This document shows positions 26,542-41,500 of a stretch of 64,000 bases of DNA, in pieces. Under the pieces are notes generated by a model. That model saw nothing but the letters and a program-made list of their open reading frames with translations. It ran no database searches and had not been told where the DNA came from. This DNA is from Heptranchias perlo (Eukaryota). Both the position numbers and the translations under genes were made by a program. The number at the start of each line of letters is the position of its first letter. Positions within the stretch are counted from its first letter, which is position 1. The DNA is taken from contig NC_090356.1 of NCBI RefSeq assembly GCF_035084215.1, positions 682,001 to 746,000 on the forward strand, given 5' to 3'.

Positions 26542-29500
26542 TCAGGATGTTTTCTGAGCTCTCTCCTCAACGTACAACTGCATCTATAAAAGAGTAAAAA
26601 AAGCATGAATGAAGTGAATGTCCCAATGTGAGGGTGTTGCGCAGTACTGTGCAGATAGTGCTCAATAGATCACTTTGTAGGACCCATCGTTCTAATTTTC
26701 TTCAGATGTAATCTGGAAAGCAGCAGTCACAATAAATCACTGGGTTAATTCTACAGCCCCATGCATTTAGCATCAAATGGGTTCAGAACATTCACAGAAA
26801 ACAAACTAGAATAGATGATCCTAGTTGTGGTATTTTCCAACAAATGGCCTCACCTGCCAACCAAAGTTCCCACTTAATCTACTCTTGTGGTCAGGAAATA
26901 TTTTCATAAACACCTGACAAGTTTACAATCATAAACTGCAGGAGACCTACTGTCACACGAACCACACATCCAACATCGGACACCGCATGCCAGTTAAAAT
27001 ATTACCTTTAAGATATCCGATGTCATAGTTTTCAGCGGGATTAACCGTGGCTCTCGCATGTTCACTTCCTGTTCATCAGCATGGATCCATGGGAAGTCCT
27101 GCACAGGAATTAAACAATCAGCGCGGTTGAAAGTGACAGAATCACAACGCTAATTGTTGTTTTCTGTGTCTTTCTCAGGATTTGTGCAATGCTGCAAGGC
27201 CACGTTTATTGCCTCTCCCTAGTTGCCCCAAGTTGGAGGTGGCGGTGGGTTCTGCCCTTGAATTGTTGCAGTCCTTGTGGTGATGGTGCTCCCAGCATGG
27301 TGTTGGGTGGGGAATTCCAGAATATTGTTCCAGTGATGATGTGGGAATGGTGATAGATGTCCAAGTCAGGATAGCATGTGACTTGGAGGGGAACTTGCAG
27401 GTGGCAGTGTTGACATGATGTTGCCTCTCAGTGGTAGAGGTTGTGGGGCTGGGAGATGCTGTTGAAACAAGCTTGCCGCTGATGGAGAGGGTGGATGTTG
27501 AATTCAGTGGCAAGGGCACCAATAAAGCAGGCTGCTTTGTCCTGGATGGTGTTTCTTGAGGTTTGGTGCATCTACCCCCATCCAAGCGAGTGGTGAAAAT
27601 TCCATCACGTTCCTTAGTTGAGCCTTGTAGATGGTGGAGAAGCTTTGAGGGATTGGGAGGTGAGCCACTCAGTGCAGAGTATCCAGCCTCTGCCCTGACC
27701 TTATTACTGCCTTGATGTTGAGGGCAGTTAATACTCAGTCATAGATGGATATACAGAAACTCCCCCCACCAAGACACATGTAACATAAATGTACATAATT
27801 ACCAACACATTGCATATCACAGACCCCCAGCCCAGATAGTCTGCTCACCTTTATCACCTGAATCTTCTCCATGTTGCGAGTGGCGACATCTCGGGTGTGA
27901 ACTAGCACCGTGAAGGTACAGCCTGGAAAGAAACTGCACAATTCTAATACATACAAACATAGGAGAAAACAGGGCCCGAAACAAAAACCTGGGAGAAATT
28001 TATTCCAGCTTCTGCATTAGAAAGTTACAAAGCAATACTTAAAAGAAACAGAGCCATGCTCCTCCAATAGCACAGCAAACTAACCCAAAGAGTTAAGCCA
28101 TACAGACCAGCAAGGTTCCAGGCTCGATGCCTAGTCTGAGCTAAAATTAGCTGATCTCAGCTGGGGCAGCAGTTGGGTTACAAATGTTTCAGTGAGGTAT
28201 TGAGGTAGTGCTGCATGGTCAGAGGTGTTGTGTTTTGGATGAAACATTAATCGGTCTGCCTGTCCAAGTGTATGTAAAAGATCCTATATAGCATTACTCA
28301 ACAAAGAGCATGGAGTTCTCCTGGTGTCCTGGACAACATTCCTTCCTCAACCAACATCTACAAATGATGTGGATCACATCATTTGTAGTCGGGGAACACT
28401 TCAGCAGTCATGGACATTCATCCACCGACCTTCGGGTAAGCGTACTCCAAGGCGGCCTTCGAGACACACGACAACGCAAAATCGTCGAGCAGAAATTGAT
28501 AGCCAAGTTCCGCACCCATGAGGACGGCCTCAACCGGGATCTTGGGTTCATGTCACGCTACACGTTACCCCACCAGCGAACAAATGTTATCTGTTTTTAA
28601 TATAATGGGTCAATTGCTGGCTCTCTCTGCCTTCCGGATGTTTCTGCCTCTCTCTGTGTTTTTTTTTCTCTGTTTTTTTTCCCTGTTTGTTTTTTTGTTG
28701 AATGTGTATTCGGAGGTTCTGCAGGTAACACCTCTCTGTCTGAACACGGTGATTGCCTTGGCAACGGGCAGTTGCAGGGGCAGTCTGTAAACACCATGTA
28801 TTATTGTTCAATATGTATAAATGCGTAGGCTTCAAGGAGATCTTGAAACATTTGCCTGAGGAAGGAGAAAATCTCCGAAAGCTTGTGAATTTAAAATAAA
28901 ATTGCTGGACTATAACTTGGTGTTGTAAAATTGTTTACAAACATCTACAAAAACAAATTACCTGGTCATTTATTTCACTTGCTTTTTGTGTGACTTTGCT
29001 GTGCCGATATTGGCTGGTACATTTGCCTACGAAACAGTGACATTTATTAAAAAATTAATTTGTTGGCTACGAAGCATTTTAGGAGATCCTGAGGACGTGA
29101 AAGATGTAAATTAAAGCTCTTTCTTTTCTCAGTACCATAGAATCATAGAATCATAGAAGTTTACAACATGGAAACAGGCCCTTCGGCCCAACATGTCCAT
29201 GTCGCCCAGTTTATACCACTAAGCTAGTCCCAATTGCCTGCACTTGGCCCATATCCCTCTATACCCATCTTACCCATGTAACTGTCCAAATGCTTTTTAA
29301 AAGACAAAATTGTACCCGCCTCTACTACTGCCTCTGGCAGCTCGTTCCAGACACTCACCACCCTTTGAGTGAAAAAATTGCCCCTCTGGACCCTTTTGTA
29401 TCTCTCCCCTCTCACCTTAAATCTATGTCCCCTCGTTATAGACTCCCCTACCTTTGGGAAAAGATTTTGACTATCTACCTTATCTATGCCCCTCATTATT

Positions 29501-32500
29501 TTATAGACTTCTATAAGATCACCCCTAAACCTCCTACTCTCCAGGGAAAAAAGTCCCAGTCTATCTAACCTCTCCCTATAAGTCAAACCATCAAGTCCCG
29601 GTAGCATCCTAGTAAATCTTTTCTGCACTCTTTCTAGTTTAATAATATCCTTTCTATAATAGGGTGACCAGAACTGTACACAGTATTTCAAGTGAGGCCT
29701 TACTAATGTCTTGTACAACTTCAACAAGACATCCCAACTCCTGTATTCAATGTTCTGACCAATGAAACCAAGCATGCTGAATGCCTTCTTCACCACCCTA
29801 TCCACCTGTGACTTCACTTTCAAGGAGCTATGAACCTGTACTCCTAGATCTCTTTGTTCTATAACTCTCCCCAACGCCCTACCATTAACGGAGTAGGTCC
29901 TGGCCCGATTCGATCTACCAAAATGCATCACCTCACATTTATCTAAATTAAACTCCATCTGCCATTCATCGGCCCACTGGCCCAATTTATCAAGATCCCG
30001 TTGCAATCCTAGATAACCTTCTTCACTGTCCACAATGCCACCAATCTTGGTGTCATCTGCAAACTTACTAACCATGCCTCCTAAATTCTCATCCAAATCA
30101 TTAATATAAATAACAAAGAACAGCGGACCCAGCACCGATCCCTGAGGCACACCGCTGGTCACAGGCCTCCAGTTTGAAAAACAACCCTCTACAACCACCC
30201 TCTGTCTTCTGTCGTCAATCCAATTTTGTATCCAATTGGCTACCTCACCTTGGATCCCATGAGATTTAACCTTATGTAACAATCTACCATGCGGTACCTT
30301 GTCAAATGCTTTGCTGAAGTCCATGTAGACCACGTCTACTGCACAGCCCTCATCTATCTTCTTGGTTACCCCTTCAAAAAACTGGGAGGAGAAAAGGACC
30401 AGTGTGGTCCAGTGGAAAGTGCCTGCATATGGAGGTTGGGTGAGGACAGAGGGATTCAGCTGTGGTACTGCCCACAGTCAAATAAGCTGCCAACTGCTCA
30501 CTATCTAGGCTTGGACATCAAGAATGGCCCTTTGGGTGTGGTATGAGAGAGCAGGTAAAAGGAAAAATTCCCCATGGTGGAAATAGACAACAGATCCATC
30601 GACATCTAAAGAGAGAAGAAACAGGTGAACATTTTGGGTGGAGACTCTTCGACAGAACGTATATTTCCAGCATTATCTATTTTTATTAGATTCTGGAGGG
30701 TAATTGGTGCCCATGAAACCATTCCCCATTGAAAAGTAAATACCTTCAGGAGAGGATGGGAGAAAAGTAGCAAGGAAAAGAAAGATGCTGTTCCAGTCAA
30801 TGCAGAAAGAACTGTCCCACTCCCCAATCAATCAGCCAGATTGCACCCAGTCTCCTTCCCAGTCAGTTTTTCTCCTTTCTCTGTATGTCCAGCTAAGTTT
30901 AGCAAAATTCCTAGCTTGCTACGACTGTGTGTGCAACAAACACCCTCCCAACCACGGATTTACCTGGAGGGTTGCTGTCAAGAATCGCATCACAGACACT
31001 GATCTTCAGGATCGATGCTCGAAGGAGCTGCTCAACATGGGAAAGCAGCGAATCAGAGCTGCAAAACAGCCAATAACAAAGATTAATGGATGTCACAGGA
31101 AAATCCAACCAATCAAGAAGTTTTGGCTGTATAAGTGCCCTTTAAACGCTGTGTCCTTAATTACACTTTCATCCCTTTTACACCATTTTTCTCCTGAAGG
31201 CACAGACTCTTCCTGGGTACTGCAACTGGCATTAGTTACTCCCTGGTAGCCATTCTTCAAGTGTGACCTTGATAGTGTTTGCAGGCTATTTGACTGTGGG
31301 AGTAACACAGGCATGCCTGATCCTGACCTCACCGAAAAATTTGCAGGGCTATGGGGAAGGAGCAGGGGAGTGGGACTAATTGGATAGCTCTTTCAGAGAG
31401 CTGGCACATGCACGATGGGCCGAATGGCTTCCTTCTATGCTGTATGATTCTATGAACCACAGAGAAAACGGCCACACCCATTCCCAGGCCAACCTGGATC
31501 CAGCCTCTCTGCTCCCAGATTGCTGGCATTGCTCTTCTGGTCTCCCTGCCATTTCTTGCTCACACACAGTGCCCCAAGCCACTCCATCATCAGGTCCTAT
31601 TTTCTCCCAGCCTCAGCAACAGGCCCCCCAAAACTTAGCATCTGTGCTATACTGGCCAGGCCTCCCTTCTGCTCTGTACCCCTGGGCTGTGCCAAGCTGT
31701 CACCATAGACTGTTACTTTGTAAAAAAAAAAGTGCCTGCTAACATTCTGCAGTAAACATCTATTAATCCTTTAGACTGCAAAATAAAATGCAAGGGTGAT
31801 AGGAGGGAAATATACAGGAATAAGATCAGGTTAAGTAACATTGTGGATAGGGGGAGGGATTCAAATTCCTGGGACACTGGAAACGGTTCTGGGGGAGGTG
31901 TGACCAGTACAAACCGGACGGTCTGCACCTGGGCAGGGCCGGGACCGCTGTCCTAGGAGGAGTGTTTGCTAGTGCTGTTGGGGAGGGTTTAAACTAAAGT
32001 GGCAGGGGGTTGGGAACCTGAGCAGGGAGAGAGAGGAAAGCGTAACAGGAAGGGACAGAAGGTATGGAGTAATAGGTAAAGTGTTAAAAAAGGAAAAAGC
32101 AGGAACTAAGCGTCACAAAACAGATTTGAAAGTTCTTTATCTGAATGCACGTAGCATTCGTAATAAAATGGACGAGTTAACGGCACAAATAACTACGTAT
32201 GGGTATGATCTTGTGGCCATTACAGAAACATGGCTGCAGGGTGACAACGACTGGGAATTAAATATGCCAGGGTATTTAACAATCAGGAAGGACAGGCAGG
32301 AAGGAAGGGGAGGTGGGGTGGCTATGTTAATAAAGGAAGGAATCACTGTAATACAGAGAAATGATATTGGGACAAAGCATCAAGATAATGAAACAGTTTG
32401 GGTGGAGATAAGGAATAATAAGGGAAAAAAAACATTAGTGGGCGTAGTATATAGGCCTCCTAATAGTTGCAACTCTGCTGGAAGAAGTATTAATCAGGAG

Positions 32501-35500
32501 ATAGTCGGGGCATGTAATAAGGGAACAGCCATAATTATGGGGGATTTTAATTATCATATTAACTGGACAAATCAAATTGGGCAGAGCAGCCTTGAGGACG
32601 AGTTCATTGAGTGCATCAGGGATGGATTTCTTGAGCAGTATGTAACTGATCCTACAAGGGGGCAGGCAACCTTGGACCTGGTCCTGTGTAATGAGTCAGG
32701 ATTAATTAATAATGTCCTAGTTAAGGATCCCCTTGGAACGAGCGACCACAACATGGTTGAATTCCATATCCAATTAGAGGGTGAGAAGGTTGATTCTCAA
32801 ACAAGCGTACTGAGCTTGAATAAAGGAGACTATGATGGTATGAGAGCGGAATTGATTAAAGTGGACTGGGAAAATAGATTAAAGGGTAAGACGGTACATG
32901 AGCAGTGGTGTTCATTTAGGGAGTTATTTTACAACTTTCAAAATAAATATATTCCACTGAGGAAAAAAGGGTGTAAAAGAAATGACAGCCACCCGTGGCT
33001 AAGTAAAGAAATCAAGGATAGTATCCGACTAAAAACAAGGACATATAAGGTAGCCAAACTTAGTGGGAGGATAGAAGATTGGGAATTCTTCAAAAGACAG
33101 CAAAAAGTAACTAAAGGATTGATTAAGAAAGGGAAGTTAGATTATGAAAAGAAATTAGCAAAAAATATAAAAACAGATAGCAAGAGTTTCTATAGTTATA
33201 TAAAAAGAAAAAGGGTGGCTAAGGCAAACATAGGTCCCTTAGAGGATGAGACCGGGAAATTAATGGTGGGAAACATGGAGATGGCAAAAATGCTGAACAA
33301 ATATTTTGTTTCAGTCTTTACAGTAGAGGACACTAAGAATATCCCAACACTGGACAAACAGGGGACTCTCGGGGGGGAGGAGCTAAATACGATTAAAATC
33401 ACTCAGGAGATGGTACTCAGTAAAATAATGGGACTCAAGGCGGATAAATCCCCTGGACCTGATGGCTTCCATCCTAGGGTCTTGAGGGAAGTGGCAGTAG
33501 GGATTGTGGATGCTTTGGTGATAGTTTTCCAAAATTCCCTGGACTCAGGAGAGGTCCCGGCAGATTGGAAAACTGCTAATGTAACACCGTTATTTAAAAA
33601 GGGTAGTAGGCAGAAGGCTGGAAATTATAGGCCAGTTAGCTTAACATCTGTGGTGGGTAAAATTTTGGAGTCTATTATTAAGGAGACAGTAACAGAACAT
33701 TTAGATAAGCATAATTTAATAGGACAAAGTCAGCATGGCTTCATGAAGGGGAAGTCATGTCTGACAAATTTGCTTGAGTTCTTCGAGGATATAACGTATA
33801 GGGTGGATAAAGGGGAACCAGTGGACGTAGTGTATTTAGACTTCCAGAAGGCATTCGACAAGGTGCCACATAAAAGATTATTACTTAAGATAAAAAATCA
33901 CGGGATTGGGGGTAATATTCTGGCATGGGTGGAGGATTGGTTATCAAACAGGAAGCAGAGAGTTGGGATAAATGGTTCATTTTCGGACTGGCAACCAGTA
34001 ACCAGTGGTGTTCCACAGGGGTCGGTGCTGGGTCCCCAACTCTTTACAATCTATATTAACGATTTGGAGGAGGGGACCGAGTGCAACATATCAAAATTTG
34101 CAGATGATACAAAGATGGGAGGGAAAGTAGAGAGTGAGGAGGACATAAAAAACCTGCAAGGGGATATAGACAGGCTGGGTGAGTGGGCGGAGATTTGGCA
34201 GATGCAATATAATATTGGAAAATGTGAGGTTATGCACTTTGGCAGGAAAAATCAGAGAGCAAGTTATTTTCTTAATGGCGAGAGACTGGAAAGTACTGCA
34301 GTACAAAGGGATCTGGGGGTCCTAGTGCAAGAAAATCAAAAAGTTGGTATGCAGGTGCAGCAGGTGATCAAGAAAGCCAACGGAATGTTGGCTTTTATTG
34401 CTAGGGGGATAGAATATAAAAACAAGGAGGTATTGCTGCATTTATATAAGGTATTGGTGAGACCGCACCTGGAATACTGCATACAGTTTTGGTCTCCATA
34501 CTTAAGAAAAGACATACTTGCTCTCGAGGCAGTACAAAGAAGGTTCACTCGGTTAATCCCGAGGATGAGGGGGCGGACATATGAGGAGAGGTTGAGTAGA
34601 TTGGGACTCTACTCATTGGAGTTCAGAAGAATGAGAGGCGATCTTATTGAAACATATAAGATTGTGAAGGGGCTTGATCGGGTGGATGCGGTAAGGATGT
34701 TCCCAAAGATGGGTGAAACTAGAACTAGGGGGCATAATCTTAGAATAAGGGGCTGCTCTTTCAAAACTGAGATGAGGAGAAACTTCTTCACTCAGAGGGT
34801 GGTAGGTCTGTGGAATATGCTGCCCCAGGAAGCTGTGGAAGCTACATCATTAGATAAATTTAAAACAGAAATAGACAGTTTCCTAGAAGTAAAGGGAATT
34901 AGGGGTTATGGGGAGCGGGCAGGAAATTGGACATGAAGCTGAGTTCGGATCGGTCAATGCCCTGTGGGTGGCGGAGAGGGCCCAGGGGCTATGTGGCCGG
35001 GTCCTGCTCCGACTTCTTGTGTTCTTTAGATTTGTGGTTGGGATCAGATCAGCCATGATCTTATTGAATGGCGGAGCAGGCTCGAGGGGCCGATTGGCCT
35101 ACTCCTGCTCCAATTTCTTATGTTCTTATGTTCTTATGTTCTTATTGTGTATAATTGTGGGAAAATGCTCACAGCAATACAGCAATGTTTCCTAGTGTTG
35201 CCATAACAACTCTGACAGGATTATAGCAAGGTCATATAGATTGATTCAAAAGGGGGAATGTCTGTCTACTTTCTTACAGAAAGAGGGAGATGGGAAAAAC
35301 AACAGTCAGAGACATAGACAGTTTTTTTTTATTCATTCGTGGGATGTGGGCGTCACTGGCAAAGCCAGCATTTATTGCCCATCCCGAATTGCCTTTGAGA
35401 TGGTGTGGTGAGCCGCCTTCTTGACAACTGAGTGGCTTGCTCGGCCATTTCAAAGGGCAGCTAAGAATCAATCAACCACAGTTCCAGGATTAATGCCTCA

Positions 35501-38500
35501 GGAGATCAGTTATTTCTTTTTTAATTTTGCCAAACTCCTCAGTGAATCGGAGATGGGTCTGTCAGTGTCGGGGGGGAGGGGGGGGTTAGGGAGGAAGGAC
35601 GGGCTAGCGATCATTCATCAGAGCACAGTGCTGTGCCCTCCCTGTTCTTACTCCTGAACCTGCTGTACTTTGCCAGAATCTTCTGTTTAAATTTCAAACC
35701 TGAACCCTAGATTTTGTGTTTTCCATCACTCCCATTTTCTTTAGGCCTCAGCGAGTCACATGCCCTTTGTTTCTTTAAAGTCTTTTATTTAATTAATGCT
35801 GCTATAACTTGAAGGAAATGATCCAGCAATGATTCCTCTGTGTCAGTTCTCTCTGCCCCCTTTCCCCTGTTTCTATTAATGTTAGTTCATCTCTTAATTT
35901 TCAGTTCCGAAGGATACGAACCCAAAATGCTGGCTGTCTGCTCTCTCCACACAGGCTGACTGCGCTGCTGTGTGTCTCCAGCTTTTTCTTTTCTCCTCCC
36001 CTCAGTGAATCAGATCCATTTTATTCAGACAATTATTGCTTAAAATATAAAATGAAGAAAACCAGGCAGCAAGCCTTGGTTAATTTATGGTATGGTGACA
36101 TAGCTCATGGGACCGATTAGGGACCAAAAAGGAGATCTACGCATGGAGGCAGAAGGCATGGCTGAGGTATTAAACGAGAACTTTGCATTTGTCTTTACCA
36201 AAGAAGATGCTGCTAAAGTCACAGTAAAAGGAGATAGCTGAGATACTGGATGGGCTAAAAATTGATAAAGAGGAGGTACTAGAAAGGCTAGCTGTACTTA
36301 AAGTAGATAAGTCACCAGGTCCAGATGGGATGCATCCTAGGTTGCTGAGGGAAGTAAGGGTGGAAATTGCAGAGGTGCTGGCCATAATCTTCCAAACATC
36401 CTTAGATACGGGGGTGGTGCCAGAGGACTGGAGAATTGAAAATGTTAAATCCTTGTTCAAAAAAGGGTGTAAGGATAAACCCAGCAACAACAGGCCAGTC
36501 AGTTTAACGTCGGTGGTGGGGAAACTTATAGAAACGATAATCCAGGACAAAATTAATAGTCTCTAGGATAAGCGTGGATTAATAAAGGAAAGCCAGCACG
36601 GATTTATTAAAGGCAAATCATGTTTAACGAACTTGATTGAGTTTTTTGATGAGGTAACAGAGAGGGTTGACGAGGGCAATGTGGTTGATATTATGTAATA
36701 TGGACTTCCAAAAGGCGTTCGATAAAGTACCACATAATAGGCTAGTCAGCAAAATTGAAGCCCATGGAATAAAAGGGGCAGTGGCAGCATGGAAACAAAA
36801 GTGGCTAAGTGACAGGAAACAGAGAGTAGTGGTGAACGGTTGTTTTTCGGACTGGAGGGAGGTGTACAGTGGTGTTCCCCAGGGGTCGGTGCTGGGACCA
36901 CTGCTTTTCTTGATATATATTAATGACTTGGACTTGGGTGTACAGGGCACAATTTCAAAATTTGCAGATGACACAAAACTTGGAAGTGTAGTAAACAGTG
37001 AGGAGGATAGTGATAGACTGGTGGCATGGGCGGACACGTGGCAGATGAAATTTAACACAGAGAAGTGCGAAGTGATACATTTTGGCAGGAAGAACGAGGA
37101 GATGCAATATAAATTAAATGGTACAATTCTAAAAGGGGTGCAGGAACAGAGAGACCTGGGGGTCTTTGAAGGTGGCAGGGCAGGTTGAGAAAGCAGTTTA
37201 AAAAGCATACAGGATCCTGGGCTTTATAAATAGAGGCATAGAGTACAAAAGCAAGGAAGTTATGATGAATCTTTATAAAACACTGGTTCGGCCACAACTG
37301 GAGTATTGTGTCCAATTCTGGGAACCGTACTTCAGGAAGGATGTGAAGGCCTTGGAGAGGGTGCAGAAAAGATTTACTAGAATGGTTCCAGGGATGAGGG
37401 GCCTCAATTATGTGGATAGACTGGAGAAGCTAGGATTGTTCTCCTTAGAGCAGAGATGGTTAAGAGGAGATTTGATATAAGTGTTCAAAATCATGAAGGG
37501 TTTAAATAAAGTAAATAAAGAGAAATTGTTACCATTGGCAAAGGGTCAAGAACCAAAGGACACAGATTTAAGGTGATTGGCAAAAGAATCAAAGGAGACA
37601 TGAGGAAAACCTTTTTATACAGCGAGCAGTTATGATCTGGAATGCGCTGCCTGAAAGGGGGGTGGAGGCAGATTCAATCGTGGCTTTCAAAGAGGAATTA
37701 GATAAATACATGAAGGGAAACAAATTACAGGATGATGGGGAAAGAGCGGGGAAATGGGACTAACTGGATTGCTCTTACAAAGGGCCGACACGGGCTCGAT
37801 GGGCCGAATGGCCTCCTTCTTTGCTGTAACCATTCTATGACTCTACGAGCTTCATATCCACCATTCCTACACAGAAATCTGTGCCATCTGTCCCACCCAA
37901 GCTATTTTCGAGACTATGTCCAGGGATGGTGCAGATCCTCTCCACTGGAAGGAGAGCATTCTTTATTTTAAGTTGGAGTGCAAGTCTTCCTGGGTCTTGT
38001 ATGACTTCAAGTAACCAGATCTAGAATAGTACTGGTGCAGGAATGGGAACAAGTCACATCCCCATTCTTTCGCCTGAAAAATATCGCAATTTGTGACATA
38101 AGGTACTGTGGCAGGACAACAGTCACGCACTCGTTATTCCGAATCCAGGTCAAGATATTTTCTGGCCGTGTCAGAGATCAGGCCCTGCTTGTGCCTGAAC
38201 CCTGAATGACCTAACAGTTTTGTTTCATTTGATTTCCTCCTCAGGTAATCGAGTGCAGAAAGCAGGAAAAGGGTTACAATATTTACAAACGTGACAAAAG
38301 ACCTAACTGAATGGTTTTAAAGATTGTTCAATTTGAAATTTAGATTAAACCAGCCCTGCTCGTGTACTGGATCGGAGTTTAATTGTAACAAAACACCAGC
38401 ACTGATTGAAAATCTTCAGAGGCCGGGATCAATAGCTTGGTAGTGCAAGACAACAACAATTTGCATTTATATAGCACCTTTAAAGTAGTAAAACGTCCCA

Positions 38501-41500
38501 AGGTGCTTCACAGGAGTGATTATCGGACAAAAACTGACAGAACACTGAAAATATCTCACCTGACAGACAGCAGAGGAGGCTGTGATATTTCAAAGACAAA
38601 ACGTTCCACAGGATGATGCTCTTTATCCAGGATCACAACCACCACCCGATCCACTTCATTCTAAACCGGAGCAAAGGTTGCAGGTCACACTCAACACGCC
38701 ATTCATTCCAAGCAGGTGACCATCCACATGTTAACAAACATCGAAGGGGAACTGTCGCACCCCTTCAAACAACAGTTTCTGCTGGTGCACGGAGACCCCG
38801 CAAAAGCAGACGTGGAGAACTAATGCTTCTCTGGGTTTCAGTGACATTTTTTAAAAAATAGTTATTCTCGGAGGTGGGCAACACTGGCAAGGCCACTTTA
38901 TTGCCCATCACTAGATGCCCTGAGGTTGTGGTGGTGAGCTTCCTTCTTGAACCCAGGCACTCCTTGTGCTGATGGTGCTCCTACAATGGCTTTAGGTAAG
39001 AAATTCCAGGACTTTGATCCAGCAACAATAGATGTCCAAGTTAGGGTGGTGTGTACTTGGAGGTGATGGCGTTCCCACAACATTACTGTTTCTTGTCGTT
39101 CTTTGTGGTACAGTTTGCGGGGATCGGAGGTTCTATTAAAGTAACTTTGGTGAGTTGCAGCAGTGCATCCTGTGCTATCACAGTGCGCTGGAGATGGAGG
39201 GGTGAGTATGAAATCCAGTGGCAGGGGCACTCATTAAGTGAGCTACTCTGTCCTGGATGTTGTCAAACTTCGAGTGTTGTTGCGAATGCACCCCTCCAGG
39301 TGACTAGTGAGTGTTCCCTCATACTCCTGACTTGTGCCTTGTAGATGAGAGAGAGGTATTGAGGGGTCAGGAAGTGAGCCCCTCATCACAGAGTATCCAG
39401 AGCCAGCCTCTGCTCTGCTCTTGTAGCCACATTTTCCTTTCCTGGAGCATCTTACCAAATACATTGATAAATGGACAAAACAGAGTTAAAAAGCCCCTCT
39501 CTGTCACAGAAATGTCCACGACACCACACAACCCTGCCACGGTAACCTCTGCAAGACATGCCAGATCATCGACACAGATACCACCATCACACGAGAGGAC
39601 ACCACCCACCAGGTGCATGGCTCATACTCCTGTGACTCGGCCAACGTTGTCTACCTCATACGTTGCAGGAAAGGATGCCCCAGAGCATGGTACATTGGCG
39701 AGACCATGCAGACACTGCGACAACGGATGAACGGACACCACGCAACAATCGCCAGACAGGAGGGTTCCCTCCCAGTCGGGGAACACTTCAGCAGTCAGGG
39801 ACATTCAGCCACCGACCTTCGGGTAAGCGTACTCCAAGGCGGCCTTCGAGACACACGACAACGCAAAATCGTCGAGCAGAAATTGATAGCCAAGTTCCGC
39901 ACCCATGAGGACGGCCTCAACTGGGATCTTGGGTTCATGTCACGCTACATGTAAGCCCACCAGCGAACAAAAGCTATCTGTTTTTAATATAATGGGTCAT
40001 TTGCTGGCTTTCTCTGCCTTCCGGATGTTTCTGCCTCTCTCTCTGTTTTTTTCTCCTGTTTGTTTTTTTTGTTGAATGTATATTCGGGGGTTCTGTAGGT
40101 AACACCTCTCTGTCTGAATACGGTGATTGCCTTGGCAACGGGCAGTTGCAAAGGCTGTCTGTAATGACCATGTATTGTTCTGTGATATATATAAATGCGT
40201 AGGCTTCGAGGAGTTCCTGACATTTACCTGAGGAAGGAGGAAGCCTCCGAAAGCTTGTAGATTTCAAATAAAATCATTGGACTATAACTTGGTGTTGTAA
40301 AATTGTTCACAATTGTCAACCCCAGTCCATCACCGGCATCTCCACATCATGGCTACCATCGACACCACAAACTGCCGGCTCACAGTGGAAAGGATATCCA
40401 AGAAGATCGCGCATATAGACACAGACATCAAGTTTTTACAGAGCTGCAAGAAAGCAGACAAGATCCCGAAAGGACTCCAGATCACGAACCCACTCAGGTC
40501 CACATACAACTCGGATTACGCTGAGAGACTCTGCCGTCGTACCTCTCGCACACTCCGCAACCATCTCGTACACCAACTCTACAGCAAACGCCGCAACCTC
40601 GAAACTAAGATAGAGTCCATACTCTCAACCTGTACTCAGGACACAGCAGACCAGCTACGAGATACCGCCAAACAGACGAGGCAACGGAACTACGCTGCCT
40701 ACATGAAAACCAAGAGCAGGAAGCTTGAGAAACTCGGCATCACCACCAGCATCGACCAAGCTTCCCCTGGTACCACGGTTGCAGCCACAGGGAAGTCTAT
40801 CGTCAATTTGTCCGACTACACCCTTCAACCAGACGAAATCGAAGTTCTCAGCCGAGGGCTCAATTTCTGCCCCACTACCAAAATGGACCCCACTAGTCTC
40901 GCGGCGGACACAGAGGAATTCATCAGGAGAATGAGGCTCCGGGAATTCTACCACAAACCCCAAGATTTCAACAGCGAACCCAATGAGACAATCAATGATC
41001 CAGAACAGCAGACAGAGGGATCCGCGGCAACCGAAGAGGAAAGAGTCAAACTGGACTCCTCCGGAGGGTCGCTGCCCTCAGCTTGACATGTATGCCCAAG
41101 CTGTCAGGAAATGCGTCAATGCCAGATTCATCAGCCGCACTCAGAAGACAGTCCAGAATGTCACCCGAGCTCAACGCAACGCCATCAACGCTCTCAAGAC
41201 CAACCGCAACATCGTCATCAAACCAGCGGACAAAGGAGGAGCCATCGTCATACAGAACAGAACGGACTATTGCAAAGAAGCATACCGACAACTGGACAAC
41301 CAGGAACACTACAGACGGTTACCCGCAGATCCGACCAAAGAACACACCCACCAGCTCAACAAACTGATCAAGACCTTCGATCCAGACTTTCAAAGCATCC
41401 TACGCGCTCTCATCCCATGTACTCCCCACGTGGGAGACTTCTACTGCCTCCCAAAGATACACAAAGCCAACACACCCGGACGTCCCATCGTATCAGGCAA

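Noticed and set aside
30964-31058. MAD2L2 RASILK versus mammalian RAFILK as a sign of pseudogenisation
   Set aside because: It is a single substitution; all exons, phases and splice sites are intact.
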